Assembly (NCBI RefSeq): GCF_006345805.1
Contig: NW_021824847.1
Span: 591-64,590 of the forward strand
Origin: Octopus sinensis
Taxonomy: Eukaryota
DNA length: 64,000 nucleotides
Direction: 5' to 3'
A program made the position numbers and the translations under genes. Of this stretch, positions 59,768 to 64,000 are shown piece after piece. Under the pieces are notes generated by a model, which worked only from the letters and a program-made list of their open reading frames with translations, had not been told where the DNA came from and did not search any database. Within the stretch, counting starts at the first letter, position 1. Every line of letters begins with the position of its first letter.

Positions 59768-60190
59768 AGGCTGCGAGCTGGCAGAACCGTTATCATACCG
59801 GGCGAAATGCTAAGCGGTATTTCGTCTGCCGTTACGTTCTGAGTTCAAATTCCGCCGAGGTCGACTTTGCCTTTCATCCTTTCGGGGTCGATAAATTAAG
59901 TACCAGTTACGCACCGGGGTCGATGTAATCGACTTAATCCGTTTGTCTGTCCTTGTTTGTCCCCTCTGTGTTTAGCCCCTTGTGGGTAGTAAAGAAATAA
60001 GGTATTTTGTCTGCCTCTACGTTCTGAGTTCAAATTCCGCCGAGGTCGACTTTGCCTTTCGTCCTTTCGGGGTCGATAAATTAAGTACCAGTTACGCACT
60101 GGGATCGATGTAATCGACTTAATCCGTTTGTCTGTCCTTGTTTGTCCCCTCTGTGTTTAGCCCCTTGTGGGTAGTAAAGAAATAGGTATT
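59768..60190 (+). mobile_element. SINE B dimer
   Basis: Second unit restarts at ggtatttt/cgtctg. Confidence 0.9.
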
Positions 60191-60264
60191 ATATATATAT
60201 AGGATGTTCCCAGAGAAGCACTCGACCCGATTACAGGGCCATCAACACAGTCGGGTTCCAGGCC

Positions 60265-60392
60265 AAAGAGACCGATAGAATAAGTACTAGGCTTACAAAG
60301 TAAAAGTCCTGGGGTCGATTTGCTCGACTAAAGGCGGTGCTCCAGCATAACCAATCACATGACTGAAACAAGTAAAAGAGTATATATATATA

Positions 60393-60425
<33 letters not shown>

Positions 60426-60722
60426 TATATAGCACCAGGTGGTGCTATTAAGTTAGACATGGCCTGGGCCAATAATGGCCGAAACCTATCAAAGTATCAA
60501 AGTATATAATATATATATTATATATATATATATATTATATATATATATACACAAATATATGACGGGCTCCTTTCAGTATCCGTCTACCAAATCCACTCAC
60601 AAGGCTTTGGTCGGTCTGAGGCTATAGTGGAAGACACTTGCCCAAGATGCCACACAGTAGGACTGAACCCGGAACTATGTGGTGGTAAGCAAGCTACTTA
60701 CCACACAGCCACTCCTACGCCT
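60265..60722. mobile_element. SINE A tail (plus, 60265-60385) and head (minus, 60560-60722)
   Basis: Consensus fragments. Confidence 0.7.
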
Positions 60723-60737
60723 ATATATATCTATCTA

Positions 60738-60845
<108 letters not shown>

Positions 60846-61112
60846 TTTGGCTTTTATACGTACATAGACATGTGCATGTGTGTGCATATGTGTATACGTG
60901 TGTGTGCGCGTGTGTGTGTACGTGCACGCAGATGTGTTGGGTCGGTGTGATGTTGGGAAGTTCGCGCGCGCAAATCACGTTTGTGTGGGTAAATGAATGG
61001 TTTTGTAGGGGATACGCAATGATGCGGGGGTCGGTCTGGGCTGTGTGTGGTGGGCATCGATCGTTAGGAATCCCGTTCTTGCTTGTGGAGGAGCCAGTGT
61101 TGAGGTGGTGTG

Positions 61113-61732
61113 AAAAAAGGAGGGAAGGAAGGAAGAAGGAAAGGAAGAAAGGAAGGAGGAAGGAAAGAAAGAAAGGAAAGAAATAAAGAAAGAAAGAAAG
61201 GATGAAAGGAGGAAGGAAGGAAGGAAGGAAGAAAGAAAGAAAGAAAGGAAGGAAGGAAGGAAGAAAGAAAGGAAAGAAATAAAGAAGGAAGGAAGGAAGG
61301 AAGAAAGAAAGGAAAGAAATAAAGAAATAAAGAAAGAAAGGAAGGAGGAAGGAAAGAAATAAAGGAAGGAAGGAAGGGAGGAGGAAGAAAGAAAGAAAGG
61401 AAGGAAGGAAGGAGGAAGGAAAGAGAGAAAGAAAGGAAGGAAGAAAGGAGGGAAGAAAAAGAAAGAAAGGAAGGAAGGAAGGAAGGAAGGAAGGAGGAAG
61501 GAAAGAAAGAAAGGAAGGAAGGAAGAAGGAAGGAAGGAAGGAAAGAAAGAAAGAAAGAAAGAAAGGAAGGAAGAAGGAAATACATAAAGAAAGAAAGGAC
61601 GAAAGAAAGGAAGGAAGGAAGGAAGGAGAAAGAAAGAAAGGAAGGAAGGAAGGAAGGAGGAAGGAAAGAAAGAAAGAAAGAAAGGAAGGAAGGAGGAAGG
61701 AAGGAAGGAGGAAGGAAATAAATAGATGAATA

Positions 61733-61763
<31 letters not shown>

Positions 61764-62791
61764 GAGGAAAGAAAGAAAGGAAGAAAGAAAGAAATAAAGA
61801 AAGGAAGGAAGGAAGAAGGAAGAAGGAAAGGAAGAAAGGAAGGAGGAAGGAAAGAAAGAAAGGAAAGAAATAAAGAAATAAAGAAAGGAAGAAAGGAGGA
61901 AGGAAGGAAGGAAGGAAGAAAGAAAGGAAAGAAATAAAGAAATAAAGAAGGAAGGAAAGAAAGAAAGAAAGGAAGGAAGGAAGAAAGAAAGAAAGGAAGG
62001 AAGGAAGGAAGGAAGGAAGAAAGGAAGGAAGAAAGGAAGGAAGGAAGGAAGGAGGAAGGAAAGAAAGAAAAAAGAAAGAAGGAAGGAAGGAAGGAGAAAG
62101 AAAGGAAGAAATAAAGAAATAAAGGAAGGAGGAAGGAAGGAAGGAAGGAAAAGAAAGAAAGAAAGAAGAAAGAAGAAAGAAAGAAGGAAAAGAAAAGGAA
62201 GGAAGAAAGGAAGGAAGAAGAGGGAAGGAAAGAAAAAAGAAAGGAGGAAGGAAGGCAGAAAAGAAAGGAAAGAAATAAAGAAATAAGAAAGAAAGGAAGA
62301 GAAGGAAAGAAATAAGGAAGGAAGGAAGGAAGGAAGAAAGAAAGAAAGGAAGGAAGGAAGGAGAAGGAAAGAGAGAAAGAAGGAAAGGAAGGAAGAAGGA
62401 GGGAAGAAAAGAAAGAAAGGAAGGAAGGAAGGAAGAAGGAGGAAGAAAAGAAAGAAAGGAAGGAAGGAAGAAGGAAGGAAGGGAGGAAAGAAGAAAGAAA
62501 GAAAGAAAGGAAGGAGGAAAGAACTACATAAAGAAAAAAGAAAGGAAGGAAGAAAGGAAGGAGGGAAAGAATGAAGGAGAAAAGAAAAGCAAGGAAGGAA
62601 GGAAGGAGGAAGGAAAGAAAGAAAGAAAGAAAGGAAGAAGAGGAAGGATAAATAAAGAATAAAGAAAGAAGAAGGAAAGAAAGAAAGAAGAAGAAGAAAG
62701 AGGAAAGAAAAGAAAGGAGGAAAGAAAAAAGGAGGAAAGAAGAAATAAAGGAAGGAAGGAAGGAAGAAGAAGAAGAAGGAAGAAGGAAGGA

Positions 62792-62850
<59 letters not shown>

Positions 62851-63070
62851 GTGGGAAGGAAGGAAGGAAGGAGAAAGAAAGAAAGGAAGGAAGGAAGGAA
62901 GGAAGGAAGGAAGGAAGGAAGGAAAGAAAGAAAAAAGAAAGAAAGGAGGAAGGAAATAAAGAAGGAAAGAGAGAAAGAAAGAAAGAAAGGAAAGGAGGAG
63001 AAAGAAAGAAAGAAAGAAAGAAAGAAAAGGAAGAAGGAAGATAGAAATATTAGAAAGAAAGAGTAAGAGG
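61113..63070. repeat. About 1.95-kb (GGAA/GAAA)n polypurine tract
   Basis: Almost exclusively A/G on the plus strand. Confidence 0.97.
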
Positions 63071-63265
63071 GGTAGAGAGATGTCATTGCATATTTAACCT
63101 TTTCATATCATATCAATAGTGTCTTTGTTGAGTGTTGTGTCTGTCCCTGGCGGTGCCATACATGGATTCCTCCTCGGGAGGGAACCAAGGTATTTTGTTG
63201 CCTGATGGGAATAAATAATGATATACAATTGAAACAAGCGTCGAAATAAACTGCTGAATGTGTAG

Positions 63266-63438
63266 GAGGCGCAGAGTGGCTGTGTGGTAAGTAGCTTGCT
63301 TACCAACCACATGTTCCGGTTCAGTCCCACTGCGGTGCACCTTGGGGCAAGTTTCTTCTGCTATAGCCCCCGGGCCGACCAGTGCCTTGTGAGTGGATTT
63401 GGTTAGACGGAAACTGAAAGAAGCCTGTCGTATATATG

Positions 63439-63502
<64 letters not shown>

Positions 63503-64000
63503 CTCTATATATATATATATATTATATAGATATATATATATATTATCAATGTTGGAGTGGCTGTGTGGTAATAGCTTGCTAACCAACCACATGGTTTCCG
63601 GGGTCGATGTGTTCGACTAAAGGTGGTGCTCCAGCATGGCCGCAGTCAAATGACTGAAACAAGTAAATGAGTAAAAGAGTATGCATGTGTGTGTGTGTGT
63701 GTGTGTGCGTGTGCGGTTTGTCTGTGTAAGATGTGGCTGTGGTGGTAAGTAGCTTGTTTACCAGCCACATGGTTCCGGGTTCAGTCCCACTGCGTGGCAC
63801 CTTGGGCAAGCGTTTTCTACTATAGCTTTGGACCGACCAAAGCCTTGGGTGAGTGTATTTGGTAGACGAACTGGGAGAAGCCCGTCGTATATTGTGTGCG
63901 TGCGTTGTGTGGTGCGTGTGTATTGTTTGCGTTTGTGTTTGTTCTCCACCACCGCTTGACAACCGGTGTTGGTGTTTTATGTCCTCGTGACTTAGATGTT
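63266..64000 (+). mobile_element. Cluster of SINE A fragments
   Basis: Heads at about 63266, 63552 and 63735; many small indels. Confidence 0.75.

Noticed and set aside
60975-63086. 703-aa F/L/S/P-rich ORF
   Set aside because: Translation of the (TTCC/TTTC)n strand, which cannot contain stops

Overview
AT-rich, repeat-dense eukaryotic DNA; the SINE and microsatellite make-up suggests an octopus genome (inference). It contains one complete 9-exon minus-strand gene (CDS 44323->16696, 930 nt, 309 aa) that I rebuilt from GT-AG sites with matching phases. It encodes a signal peptide, two thioredoxin-fold domains without CXXC, a TM helix and a KxKxx tail. A second minus-strand gene contributes a large terminal exon (56003->54691) with an apparent frameshift in a (KGR)n repeat. 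There are weak hints of a plus-strand gene ending near 13574, and a degenerate tRNA-Gly(GCC). Most of the rest is mobile DNA: three abundant tRNA-type SINE families (called A, B, C here), RTE, CR1/L2-like, R4/Dong and Penelope-like fragments (one with a well-formed minimal hammerhead ribozyme), mariner derivatives, piggyBac-like and 8-bp-TSD MITEs, Helitron-like elements, satellites and long microsatellites. Most ORFs in the supplied track are microsatellite or repeat artefacts. Single-base indels between near-identical repeat copies suggest residual assembly error in places. Repeat boundaries are approximate; exon boundaries were counted base by base. No database searches were run.
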